The position numbers and the translations under genes are program-made. Of a stretch of 42,611 bases of DNA, positions 18,501-26,155 are shown piece after piece (within the stretch, counting starts at the first letter, position 1; the number at the start of each line of letters is the position of its first letter). The notes beneath the pieces are model-generated. The model ran no database searches, was not told the origin of the DNA, and worked only from the letters and a program-made list of their open reading frames with translations. This DNA comes from Candidatus Fermentibacteraceae bacterium (lineage in GTDB: Bacteria > Fermentibacterota > Fermentibacteria > Fermentibacterales > JCC-6). Location: the NCBI GenBank assembly GCA_041686025.1, contig JAWLEP010000011.1, forward strand, positions 1 through 42,611, given 5' to 3'.

Positions 18501-19352
18501 GCTGTCGGTGGAGTCGAAGACGCCGTCCCCGCCGTCCATTACCGCTATGGGAACGGGAATGGGCTGGTAGGCCCGGGACCACGGCTGCCCCCCCATCATG
18601 CGTCCCCGGCCCCTGTAGAGGGCCAGGCTGGAGCTGGCGGAGCCCACCGCCCAGGGAAGCTCGGCGCCGGTGAGACGGTAGACGCCGGTGGTGTCCAGTC
18701 CGATCTCGGCCCAGGGGCGGCCCCAGAAGGGGCTGTCGTCCCGCCCGGCGCCGCGGGGACGGGGCCAGACCCGCCCGCCCCCCAGCAGCAGGTCCTCGTA
18801 GAACCGGCCCTCCAGTCCGCGGGCGGGCACCGGAGCGCCGCCGCCCGGGTGCGATACGGTGAGGTCGATGCCGGAGGCCGCCAGGAGGCCGCCTCCGGAG
18901 CTTATCACGGGATGGACGTCCACTCTGGCCATGCGGATGCCTCGATAGGGGGCCACCTCCACCAGGGTTGCCCACTCCTCGGGCAGACCGCTCCGTGCCG
19001 GATGGAGGGAGTCGCAGTCATGGGAGTCCAGGGATACGGCGGCGGGAACGGCAGCGTCGGTGTCCAGCCCGCGCACGCCCAGGGGAGTGGCCGAGACGTC
19101 CACCGGGACGCCCGGCGGGACGGCCACGTAGAGGTGGCGGACGGGAAGCAGCAGGCCGTCGATGGAAGAGCAGCCGGCCGCCTCGTAGGCGCAGAGGCCC
19201 GGGGGAAGCCCCGCCACCCTCTCCACCGGCCCCCACTGCAATACTGCCGTGGTGGCGTCGGACCCCACCTGCACCGCCGGGGCCCGGGGCGCGGACGGGG
19301 GCCCGGAAGCCGTCCCCAGCAGGGAGAGCGCGGCCATGGCTGCAATGATCAC
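15573..19352 (-). CDS. C25-family cysteine peptidase, PorU-like T9SS sortase (paralogue 2)
   Basis: Signal peptide, C25 propeptide-like region, TGVYRLT, DGVFD..D...FFG, IYQEFNGG..DP.AIR.FL, catalytic GHG and SCD, DTTGP...D.SGINL...G.H.L.LRA.D..NN, and FlgD-like/CTD end (VYPNP...WDGRD..G..VASGSYIYRL). Confidence 0.85.
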   Translation of the reverse strand: MIIAAMAALSLLGTASGPPSAPRAPAVQVGSDATTAVLQWGPVERVAGLPPGLCAYEAAGCSSIDGLLLPVRHLYVAVPPGVPVDVSATPLGVRGLDTDAAVPAAVSLDSHDCDSLHPARSGLPEEWATLVEVAPYRGIRMARVDVHPVISSGGGLLAASGIDLTVSHPGGGAPVPARGLEGRFYEDLLLGGGRVWPRPRGAGRDDSPFWGRPWAEIGLDTTGVYRLTGAELPWAVGSASSSLALYRGRGRMMGGQPWSRAYQPIPVPIAVMDGGDGVFDSTDSLVFFGTGLSWWESDGNTFSDHYTSRWDHRNSYWLTWGGDDGARMDTLDGGLTGAPAMPDTFPARIRLEKEYFWLNEDAPSWWAWFKVFGSQPAWLEQTLQTPGATGPGTLRVGFVADVDGPQDEMGTEVYLNGELLADTVLEVGPGRVLEVPASNFSPQPSQLSVKVWRESGNDIFYVDWIEAHPWTACHAQGQLHLPLEWYMEEGRRRFTWQGDLDDALVLFVERDSTASLVGTSHPSSFEVDVGERRTSRSVWITSRSDLLAPASVDRRSPGRIVGALEGAERVFICHEDFRDGALPLQEPGVSTAFVTTREIYQEFNGGPADPQAIRVFLDWAMSNWDPQPLEVVLVGSGHYDMRGFGTDEPCYVPVIYGSTKGYPYDDRFAELQGSGSPQVAMSRICVLDSQELAVVVEKSQAYRSGGAPGEWQGRVIGAADDERYPDGPSYHQFYHTRDMERVMTESVPHRYLPVKCYEVFFDWNEQWRKPEARQDFIDQWNLGAIIVGFLGHGAHDQICDEGFLFLEDVDLLQCGRRMPYSYFGSCDVGEFYKPDRSCIAQATVTVADGGSVVSCGAVGGTGSTGNRNLLMNQVERMLAPDPLPFDLCLLQAKLETGYVSTTRQYILFGDGTLTPAVPEELGPLTLSDLLTGEASTLEGQAPGSGLVSVLAFESAQPDTYVTAVEYDTIPYISPFRHQLPLSRVSTARAFFSGSSPAGDLELSMFVPLDADTGSRARVHLFLPDGPGFLGWLYPENLGIGSPSSSDTTGPSMEMWIQGFRGVGHPEVGSDVVVVAELADSSGINLLSEPGRQLTLYVDDSPQAVAAYFDYLPGSSTTGRLEVPLSGLSAGEHDLRLRAADGLNNISYEEMGFTVLDPGDTGLSNVFVYPNPCPGGASVNWTQTGSGYVRLEIYTVSGRRVLSRSGIPGHAGSNQIWWDGRDNDGDPVASGSYIYRLAAEKADALEGAPSQHTGVLAVVR
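17005..17075. repeat. 71-nt near-identical block shared by the two C25 paralogues (partner at 20825-20895)
   Basis: CCCAGGTTCCACTGGTCGATGAAGTCCTGCC(T/G)GGCC...CAGTCGAAGAA; one mismatch by eye; encodes FFDWNEQWRKPEARQDFIDQWNLG. Confidence 0.9.
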
Positions 19353-19395
19353 TGGTTTTCCCTTCCGAGCCCGGGACGTGACTCCCGGTAACGGG

Positions 19396-22300
19396 CTAAC
19401 GCACTACAGCGATAATACCGATGGACTCCTCGCCGGTTCCCTCTCCGCCGCCTCCGGCGCTGAGCCGGTAGATGTAGCTCCCGCTGGCAACCGGGTCTCC
19501 GTCGTCGTCGCGGCCGTCCCACCACAGCTGGTTGTATCCGGCATCCCCGGGGATGTCACTGCGGGAGTAGACCCTGCGGCCCGACTGGGTGTAGACCGCA
19601 AGCCCCACGGGCCCGGCGCCGCTCTGGTACCAGTTGATGGAGGTCCCGCCCCGGCAGGGGTTTGGGTAGACGAAGACCTGCTCCAGCATGCCTTCTCCGC
19701 CCTCCAGGACCGTCACGGACATCACGCTCTCGGATATGTTGTTCAGGCCGTCCGCGGCCCTGAGCCGCAGCTGGTGCTCCCCCGGCGAGAGCCCCGAGAG
19801 GGGCACCTCCAGCCTGCCGCTGGTGGAGCTGCCGGGGTCGTATGTGAAGTAGCCGGCCACGTACTGCGGGGTCTCGTCCACGTACAGGGTCAGCTGCCTT
19901 CCCGGCTCGGAGAGCAGGTTGATGCCGGAGCTGTCTGCGAGGTCGGCCAGCAGGTTGAAATCGCCGCTGACCTCCGGATGGTCAACGTTGCGGAAGCCCT
20001 GGACCCACATGTCGATCTCGGGCCCGGTGCTGTCGGTCGGTGAGGGGGTTCCCACGTCCAGGCTCTCGGGGTAGAGAGCGGCCAGGAAGCCTCCGGACGC
20101 CGAAGGCTGGTAGAGCTCCACCCTCCCCAGCGAGCCGGTGTCCGCGTCCACAGGGACGAACATCTCCAGGCCGATGTCGCCGCCGGGAGAGCTGCCATTG
20201 TAGAAGGCCTGCGCGGACTGCACCCCGGGCAGCAACTGCTGGAAGCGGAAGGGGGTGTTGTAGGCGATGGGGTAGTTGCTCTCTGCGGTGACGTAGGTGT
20301 CCGGCTGAGCCGACTCGAAGGCCAGCACGGAGACCGGCCCGGGTCCGGGGGCGGTGCCGGACAGCACCGAGACCTCGCCGGTGAGCATGGGGAGCACCCC
20401 GGCCTGGATGCCGGTGTCCGGCACCGCAGGGGTCAGGGTCCCGTCCCCGAACAGGATGTACTGCCTGGTGAAAGTGCCGTAGCCCGCCTGCATCTTGGCC
20501 AGCAGCAGGCACTGGGCGAAGGACATGGGGTCCGGGGCCAGCATCAGCTGCATCTGGGCCTGGAGGAGGTCCCGGTTGTCGGTCCTGATGGTTCCGGCCA
20601 CCGCTCCGCTGCTGGTCACCGACCCGCCCCCGGGTACGCTGACCACCGCCTCGGAGATGCAGCTGCGGTCGGGCCTCCAGAACTCGCCCACGTCACAGGA
20701 GCCGAAGAAGGAGTAGCTCATCCTCCCGCCGCACTGCAGAAGGTCGGCGTCCTCCAGGAACAGCAGCCCCTCGTCGCAGATCTGGTCGTGCGAGCCGTGG
20801 CCCAGGAAGCCGATGAAGACGGCTCCCAGGTTCCACTGGTCGATGAAGTCCTGCCGGGCCTCCGGCTTGCGCCACTGCTCGTTCCAGTCGAAGAAGATCT
20901 CGTAGCACTTCACGGGCCGGAACCTGCTGTAGAGGTGCCCCTCCAGGGCCGCTTCCATGTCCACTGTGTGGTACCACTGGTTGTACACCGGGGGCACGCT
21001 GGGATAGCGCTCGTCGTCCGCCGCGCCTATGACCCTGGACTGCCAGTCGCCGGCGGCGTCGCCGCTGCGGTAGGAGAGCGACTTCTCCACGATGGTGGCC
21101 AGCTCCTGCTGGTCCAGGGCCGAGATCCGGGACATGGCCAGCTGCGGCTCGGTGAAGCCCTGTATGGTGGCGTAGTAGTCGTCCAGGGGGTAGCTGGTGG
21201 TGGAGGGGTTGTAGATCGCAGGAACGTAGCAGGGCTCAGAGGTCCCGAAGCCGCGGACGTCGTAGCTGCCCTGCCCCACCAGGACCACCTCCATGGGGGC
21301 CGGGTCCCACTGGGCCACGGCCCAGTCCAGGAAGGCCCTTATGGCCTGGGGGTCGGTGGGGCCGCCGTTGAACTCGTCGTATATCTCGTCGGTGGTGACG
21401 AAGGCGGTGGGCACGTCCGGGTCCTCCAGGGCCATGCTGCCCTCGTAGAAGTCCGGGTGGCAGATGAAGACCCGCTCGGCGCCGTCGATGCTGCCCACTA
21501 TCCGGCCTGGACTGGCGCTCTCCACACTGGCCGGGGCCATCAGGTCGGACTCCGGGGCGATCCACACCGACCGGGGCGTGCGCAGCCGGCCCACGTCCAC
21601 CTCGAAGGACGAGGGGTCGGCGGTACTCACCAGGCTGGCGGTGGAGTCCTCCTCCACGAAGAGGACGTACGCGCTCTCCAGGTCGCCCTGCCAGGTGAAA
21701 GTGCGCCGCCCGGTATCGGTATACCACGACAGCGGGGCGTGCAGCTGCCCCCCGGCATGGTAGGCGCTCTGGGGGAAGGCCTCCAGCCAGTCGATGAACA
21801 CCTCCCGGGAGCCGGACTCCCTCCAGACCTTCACCGAGACCTGGTTGGCGCCGGGCAGGAAACCGGAAGCGGGAACCTCCAGCTGGTATTCGGCGGTGGC
21901 GTAGAAGGTGGAATCCACCAGCAGGTTCCCGTTCAGGTAGATCTCCGTGCCTATTGTGGACCTGGTGGTGTCCCTGCCGCCCCCCTTGGTGTAGGCGCTC
22001 ACGTATCCCACCCGCAGGGTTCCGGAGCCGCCGGCCCCGGGGGCGTCGAAGGTGGCGTTCAGCGTCTCGGGCGTGCTGCCGTAGGACTTGAACCAGGTCC
22101 ATCCGCTGGATACCTCCGGTCCCACCCAGAAGTACTCCTCCTCCAGATGCACCCTGGCCGGGAAGGAGTCGGGCATGTCCGGGGCCCCGGTGAGGCCGCC
22201 GTCGAGCACGTCCATCCTGGCTCCGGGCTCCCCTCCCCAGGTGAGCCAGTACCGGTTGGTGTGGTCCCACCTGCTGGTGTAGTGATCCGGCGGGGCCTCC

Positions 22301-23193
22301 CCCGACGGCTCCCACCAGGACAGGCCGGTGCCGAAGAAGAGGATCCGGTCGGAGGGGTCGAAGATGCCGTCTCCCCCGTCCTCCACCAGTATGGGGACGG
22401 GGATGGGGTCGTATGCGTCGTCCCACGGCTCCTGGCCCATCATCCGGCCGCGGCCGCGGTACATGGCGAGGCTGGAGCTGGGCTGCCCCACGGCGTCGGG
22501 TATCTCCTCTCCGGTGAGCCGGTAGACTCCGGTGGTGTCGAGGCCGACCTCGATCCAGGGCCTTCCCCAGAACGGGCTGTCGGCGCGGCCGGAGGGCCGG
22601 GGCCATGACCAGACCCGGTTCCCGCCCAGCAGCAGCTCGCTGTAGAAGCGGCCCTCCATGCCGGATGCGGCGGTGGGTCTTCCGCCTCCCCGATGGGATA
22701 CGGTGAGCTGCAGGGAGGCGGCCGCCACCGGCCCGCTCCCCCGGAATATCACCGGGTGCACGTCGATCCTGGCCAGCCTGATTCCCCGGTACCGGCCCAC
22801 CTCCACCAGGGTGGCCCATTCCTTCGGGAGAACGCGGTCGGGGGCCGCGAACAGGGAGTCCCGGCTCTCCGAGTCCAGGCCCACGCCGGCGGGCACATCT
22901 CCCCTGACGTCGAGGGAACGGACGCCCCCGGGGACGGCGGAGACCTCCACCTCGGTGCCGGGGGGAACGGCCACGTACAGGTGCTCCACCGGAAGCATCA
23001 GGCCCTCCATGGTGCGGCATCCGTCCGCGGTGAATCCGCAGAGGCCGTCGGGAAGGCCCTCCACCTCCTCGGCGGGACCCCACTCCAGGAGGGCGGTGGT
23101 GCGGTCGGGAGTCACGGAGACGGCCTGATCGGTGCGGGCAGATGCTGCGGAAGGGGACAACGCCACCAGCAGCGCGGCAGCAAGGGGCAGCAT
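19396..23193 (-). CDS. C25-family cysteine peptidase, PorU-like T9SS sortase (paralogue 1)
   Basis: Collinear with 15573-19352 along its whole length; FLGHGSHD and FGSCDVGEF catalytic motifs; same C-terminal Ig/CTD region. Confidence 0.85.
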   Translation of the reverse strand: MLPLAAALLVALSPSAASARTDQAVSVTPDRTTALLEWGPAEEVEGLPDGLCGFTADGCRTMEGLMLPVEHLYVAVPPGTEVEVSAVPGGVRSLDVRGDVPAGVGLDSESRDSLFAAPDRVLPKEWATLVEVGRYRGIRLARIDVHPVIFRGSGPVAAASLQLTVSHRGGGRPTAASGMEGRFYSELLLGGNRVWSWPRPSGRADSPFWGRPWIEVGLDTTGVYRLTGEEIPDAVGQPSSSLAMYRGRGRMMGQEPWDDAYDPIPVPILVEDGGDGIFDPSDRILFFGTGLSWWEPSGEAPPDHYTSRWDHTNRYWLTWGGEPGARMDVLDGGLTGAPDMPDSFPARVHLEEEYFWVGPEVSSGWTWFKSYGSTPETLNATFDAPGAGGSGTLRVGYVSAYTKGGGRDTTRSTIGTEIYLNGNLLVDSTFYATAEYQLEVPASGFLPGANQVSVKVWRESGSREVFIDWLEAFPQSAYHAGGQLHAPLSWYTDTGRRTFTWQGDLESAYVLFVEEDSTASLVSTADPSSFEVDVGRLRTPRSVWIAPESDLMAPASVESASPGRIVGSIDGAERVFICHPDFYEGSMALEDPDVPTAFVTTDEIYDEFNGGPTDPQAIRAFLDWAVAQWDPAPMEVVLVGQGSYDVRGFGTSEPCYVPAIYNPSTTSYPLDDYYATIQGFTEPQLAMSRISALDQQELATIVEKSLSYRSGDAAGDWQSRVIGAADDERYPSVPPVYNQWYHTVDMEAALEGHLYSRFRPVKCYEIFFDWNEQWRKPEARQDFIDQWNLGAVFIGFLGHGSHDQICDEGLLFLEDADLLQCGGRMSYSFFGSCDVGEFWRPDRSCISEAVVSVPGGGSVTSSGAVAGTIRTDNRDLLQAQMQLMLAPDPMSFAQCLLLAKMQAGYGTFTRQYILFGDGTLTPAVPDTGIQAGVLPMLTGEVSVLSGTAPGPGPVSVLAFESAQPDTYVTAESNYPIAYNTPFRFQQLLPGVQSAQAFYNGSSPGGDIGLEMFVPVDADTGSLGRVELYQPSASGGFLAALYPESLDVGTPSPTDSTGPEIDMWVQGFRNVDHPEVSGDFNLLADLADSSGINLLSEPGRQLTLYVDETPQYVAGYFTYDPGSSTSGRLEVPLSGLSPGEHQLRLRAADGLNNISESVMSVTVLEGGEGMLEQVFVYPNPCRGGTSINWYQSGAGPVGLAVYTQSGRRVYSRSDIPGDAGYNQLWWDGRDDDGDPVASGSYIYRLSAGGGGEGTGEESIGIIAVVR

Positions 23194-23194
23194 G

Positions 23195-23728
23195 CTACAG
23201 CTCCGACAGCTCTAGTATGGGGCCGTCGCCCTCCTCCTCGTCGGGGAGGCGCTCCCGGCGGTCCACCGACTCCCTCTTGATCTTCGCCTCCTCCATGTCC
23301 ACCATCTTCTCCTGTGAGTCTATGAAGGACCTTATCTGCGAGAGTATGGCCATTCGCCGGTCCTGGAGCTCCCTTACCGTCTCGGTGAGGACCCCCACCC
23401 TCTCCTTGGCCTCGCTCACCAGATCGGCGGCCTTCACCTCGGCGTCCATGACGATGAGCTCCGCTTCCTTCTCGGCGTCCTTGCGGGCCCTCTCGGCGCT
23501 CTGCTGCTGCTCCACCAGGACCTCCCGGACCGCCCCCTCCATGCGGTCGAAGTCCGAGGCCCTTGCCCTGAGGACCGACAGCTCCTTCCGCGAGCTCTCC
23601 AGCTCCTCGGTGAGCTCCTCCCAGGCGTTGGCCACCATCTCCAGAAAGGCCTCCACCTCGGAGGGATCGTATCCCCTGAGGACCCTTCCGAACCTCTGCC
23701 TGCGAATGTCCAAAGGCGTTATACCCAC
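23195..23728 (-). CDS. divIVA: DivIVA domain-containing protein
   Basis: ITPLDIRRQRFGRVLRGYDPSEVEAFLE N-terminal signature followed by a coiled coil. Confidence 0.92.
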   Translation of the reverse strand: MGITPLDIRRQRFGRVLRGYDPSEVEAFLEMVANAWEELTEELESSRKELSVLRARASDFDRMEGAVREVLVEQQQSAERARKDAEKEAELIVMDAEVKAADLVSEAKERVGVLTETVRELQDRRMAILSQIRSFIDSQEKMVDMEEAKIKRESVDRRERLPDEEEGDGPILELSEL

Positions 23729-23843
23729 CAGTCACCCCGTTTCGATTGCTTCGGGTCGCCCGGCGTTCCACCGGGTCCACATCTTCTGCGAGCATGTGCA
23801 CCGAGGCGGCGGGCAGCAACCCGCGGCCCGGCAGAGGGCGGGA

Positions 23844-24554
23844 TCATGCCCCCCGGCTTCCGAACAGGTACCTGCCCAGACGCACCGTGGTGGCGCCCTC
23901 CCTGACTGCCTCGGCGAAATCGTCCGTCATGCCCATGGAGAGCTCCGGCAGATCCATGCCCAGGCCCTCCCGGAGGCCTTCGGCCAGCCTGCGCAGCAGG
24001 GCGAAGGCCTCCCGGGCGGCCGCCGGCCCCTGACCCAGGGGGCCGACGGTCATCAGCCCGCCCGGCTCCAGGCCCAGGTCGGCCATCCGGCCCAGCGTCT
24101 CCTCCAGCAGGGAGGGGTCCGGGGCGAAACCGTGCTTGGACTCCTCCCCGGAGGTGTTCACCTCCACCAGGAGGCGCGGCTGGGGCACGTCCTTCACCTC
24201 CATGCGGCGGGCCACCTCGGCCGCTATCTTCATCCGGTCCACGGAGTCGATGGCGTCGAAGTCCCGCATGGCCTGCCGGACCTCCTTGCGGTGCAGGGGG
24301 CCTATCATGTGAAAGCTGCAGCCCTCCGGCCGCTCCCCCAGGCGGCGTATCTTCCGGCCGCCCTCGGTGACCCTGTTCTCCCCTATCAGCCTCACGCCGG
24401 CCTCTATGGCGGCCCGGACCACGTCCACCGGGTGGGTCTTGGTGACGGCCATGATCCGGACGTCCTCCGGGCTCCTTCCACAGCCGCTGCAGGCTGCGGC
24501 GATCTCCTCCCGGGCCCTCCGCAGGCGCTGCGCGATCACGTCGCTTTCCACCAT
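23844..24554 (-). CDS. yggS: YggS-family PLP homeostasis protein
   Basis: MAVTKT (PLP lysine), GENRV, EVNTSGEESKHG, GLMT, LSMGMTDDF and GATTVRLGR.LFG. Confidence 0.95.
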   Translation of the reverse strand: MVESDVIAQRLRRAREEIAAACSGCGRSPEDVRIMAVTKTHPVDVVRAAIEAGVRLIGENRVTEGGRKIRRLGERPEGCSFHMIGPLHRKEVRQAMRDFDAIDSVDRMKIAAEVARRMEVKDVPQPRLLVEVNTSGEESKHGFAPDPSLLEETLGRMADLGLEPGGLMTVGPLGQGPAAAREAFALLRRLAEGLREGLGMDLPELSMGMTDDFAEAVREGATTVRLGRYLFGSRGA

Positions 24555-24718
24555 GGGTCCCGGCGCTCCCTTCGAATGCTGACACCTAGGCAGGACACTG
24601 CTCCGGCTAATATGGATAACGCGGGCTGCGGGAAAAAGGTCCGGGGCGGGCTGGTCGGGCGGGGCGGCCGCAGGTATCTTTCCAGACTGAACCGAGGGAG
24701 GGTTCCATCAGGGGTGAA

Positions 24719-26155
24719 ATGGCAGACATCCACAGCGTGATGCGCCTCAGAGACCGGGGCAGGCACCGGGAAGCGGCCGAGCTGGCCGAACGCCTCATGG
24801 AGGGCTGCGCCGACGACGTGGAGCTCATGGGTCTGCTGAAGACCCGGGGCTACATATTCAAGGGCCTCGACCGTCTGGAGGAGGCCGAGGCCGACTTCCG
24901 CCGGGCCCTGGAGCTGTTCGACGGCAGCGCGGGCCTGCGGGAGGCCGTGCTCTGCCGGCGGGGGCTGGCCCTGCTGAAACGCGGCAGGCCGCACCTGGGG
25001 GCCAGCCTGGCCGAGCACAGGCGGGAGCTGGAGCTTGCCGAGAGGCTGGAAGACCCCCGGATACTCTGCGGAACCCTGGCCAACCTGGCCAACGTGCACA
25101 TCAGGCTGGCCGGCTACGGGAAGGCCAGGGACTGCGCCGAGAGGCAGCTGGCCTGCGCCGAGGAGCTGGGGGACCGGCGGATGGTGGGCCTGGCCCTGTC
25201 CAACCTGGGCAGGGCCCTGATGTTCCTGGGGGAGACGCGGCGGGCCCGCCAGCGCTTCGAGGCCCAGCTGGCCATGGCGGAGGCCTCCGGGGAACCGCAA
25301 GACATCTCCAACGCCCTCAACAACCTCTCCATGCTGGAGATGGAGAGGGGAGCGCCGGAGGCGGCCCTGCCCCACCTGCAGAGGCAGCTGGAGCTGGGCC
25401 GGGAGAGCAGTGACCGAAACATCGAGATGGTCTCCCGGGGGAACCTGGCCGTCTGCCTCAGGAGGCTGGGCAGGCACCGGGAGGCGCTGGAGCAGGCCAA
25501 GGAGCAGTTCCGCCTGTCCTGGGAGAAGAGCGACTGGATGAACATGGCCGCCGCCCTGGGCAACATGGGCGAGGTCTACATACACCTCGGCGAGCTGGAC
25601 AGGGCCCTTCAGTGCATAGAGAACCTGGTCCGGAACGCCGAGACCGGCGGGGTCTCGGACGCTGCGGCCGGAGGCCTCCTGCTAAAGGCGGGCCTGCAGC
25701 TGGCCCTGGGGAGGCGGGAGGAGGCCTTCGGCCCCGCCAAGCGGGCCTCGCGCATCTTCGACGCCCTCGGGCTGGCCGGGCAGGCGGCGGAGGCCCGGGC
25801 CACGGCGCTTGCGGCGCTTCCCGCCGGGGACGGCAGGGCGGCGGCGCTGCTGGGCCGCGAACCGGGGCCGTCCACCGACGGCCCGCGGGGAGAGCAGCGG
25901 CTGGCGGTGCAGAGGGCCAGGCACGGGGGCTCCTCGCTGGAGGAGCTGGCCGAAGCCCTCTCCGACCCCCTGGCCAGGGCGGAGGCGCTGGCCGCCTGCG
26001 GCAGGAGGGCCGAGGCCGTCGGCCTGCTGCGGAAGCTGCGGAGCACCCGGCCGCTGGACACGGGGCCGGCGCTTCTGCTTATAGTGCTGGAGGAGGGCAG
26101 AGGCCCGACTCCGGTTTCCGGAGGTAGCTCAGAGCAAGACTCGAAAGGGGAATGA
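24719..26155 (+). CDS. Tetratricopeptide repeat protein
   Basis: About 8 tandem ~40-aa TPR-like repeats (LANLANVH, LSNLGRAL, LNNLSML, RGNLAVCL, LGNMGEVY); no signal peptide. Confidence 0.85.
   Translation: MADIHSVMRLRDRGRHREAAELAERLMEGCADDVELMGLLKTRGYIFKGLDRLEEAEADFRRALELFDGSAGLREAVLCRRGLALLKRGRPHLGASLAEHRRELELAERLEDPRILCGTLANLANVHIRLAGYGKARDCAERQLACAEELGDRRMVGLALSNLGRALMFLGETRRARQRFEAQLAMAEASGEPQDISNALNNLSMLEMERGAPEAALPHLQRQLELGRESSDRNIEMVSRGNLAVCLRRLGRHREALEQAKEQFRLSWEKSDWMNMAAALGNMGEVYIHLGELDRALQCIENLVRNAETGGVSDAAAGGLLLKAGLQLALGRREEAFGPAKRASRIFDALGLAGQAAEARATALAALPAGDGRAAALLGREPGPSTDGPRGEQRLAVQRARHGGSSLEELAEALSDPLARAEALAACGRRAEAVGLLRKLRSTRPLDTGPALLLIVLEEGRGPTPVSGGSSEQDSKGE

Noticed and set aside
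16296..19391. 1031-aa plus-strand ORF and similar long ORFs (5562-8186, 9075-10952, 12626-14452, 14343-16226, 20788-22608, 35564-37393, 38307-40010)
   Set aside because: Antisense shadows of well-supported minus-strand genes; stop codons are scarce in high-GC3 DNA and no motifs are recognisable.
17005..20895. Diversity-generating retroelement TR/VR pair
   Set aside because: The repeats lie in equivalent positions of full-length paralogues, there is no adenine-specific mismatch pattern, and no reverse transcriptase is present.
24611..24620. DnaA box-like TTATCCATA (minus strand) suggesting oriC
   Set aside because: A single imperfect copy, with no AT-rich unwinding element or box cluster.
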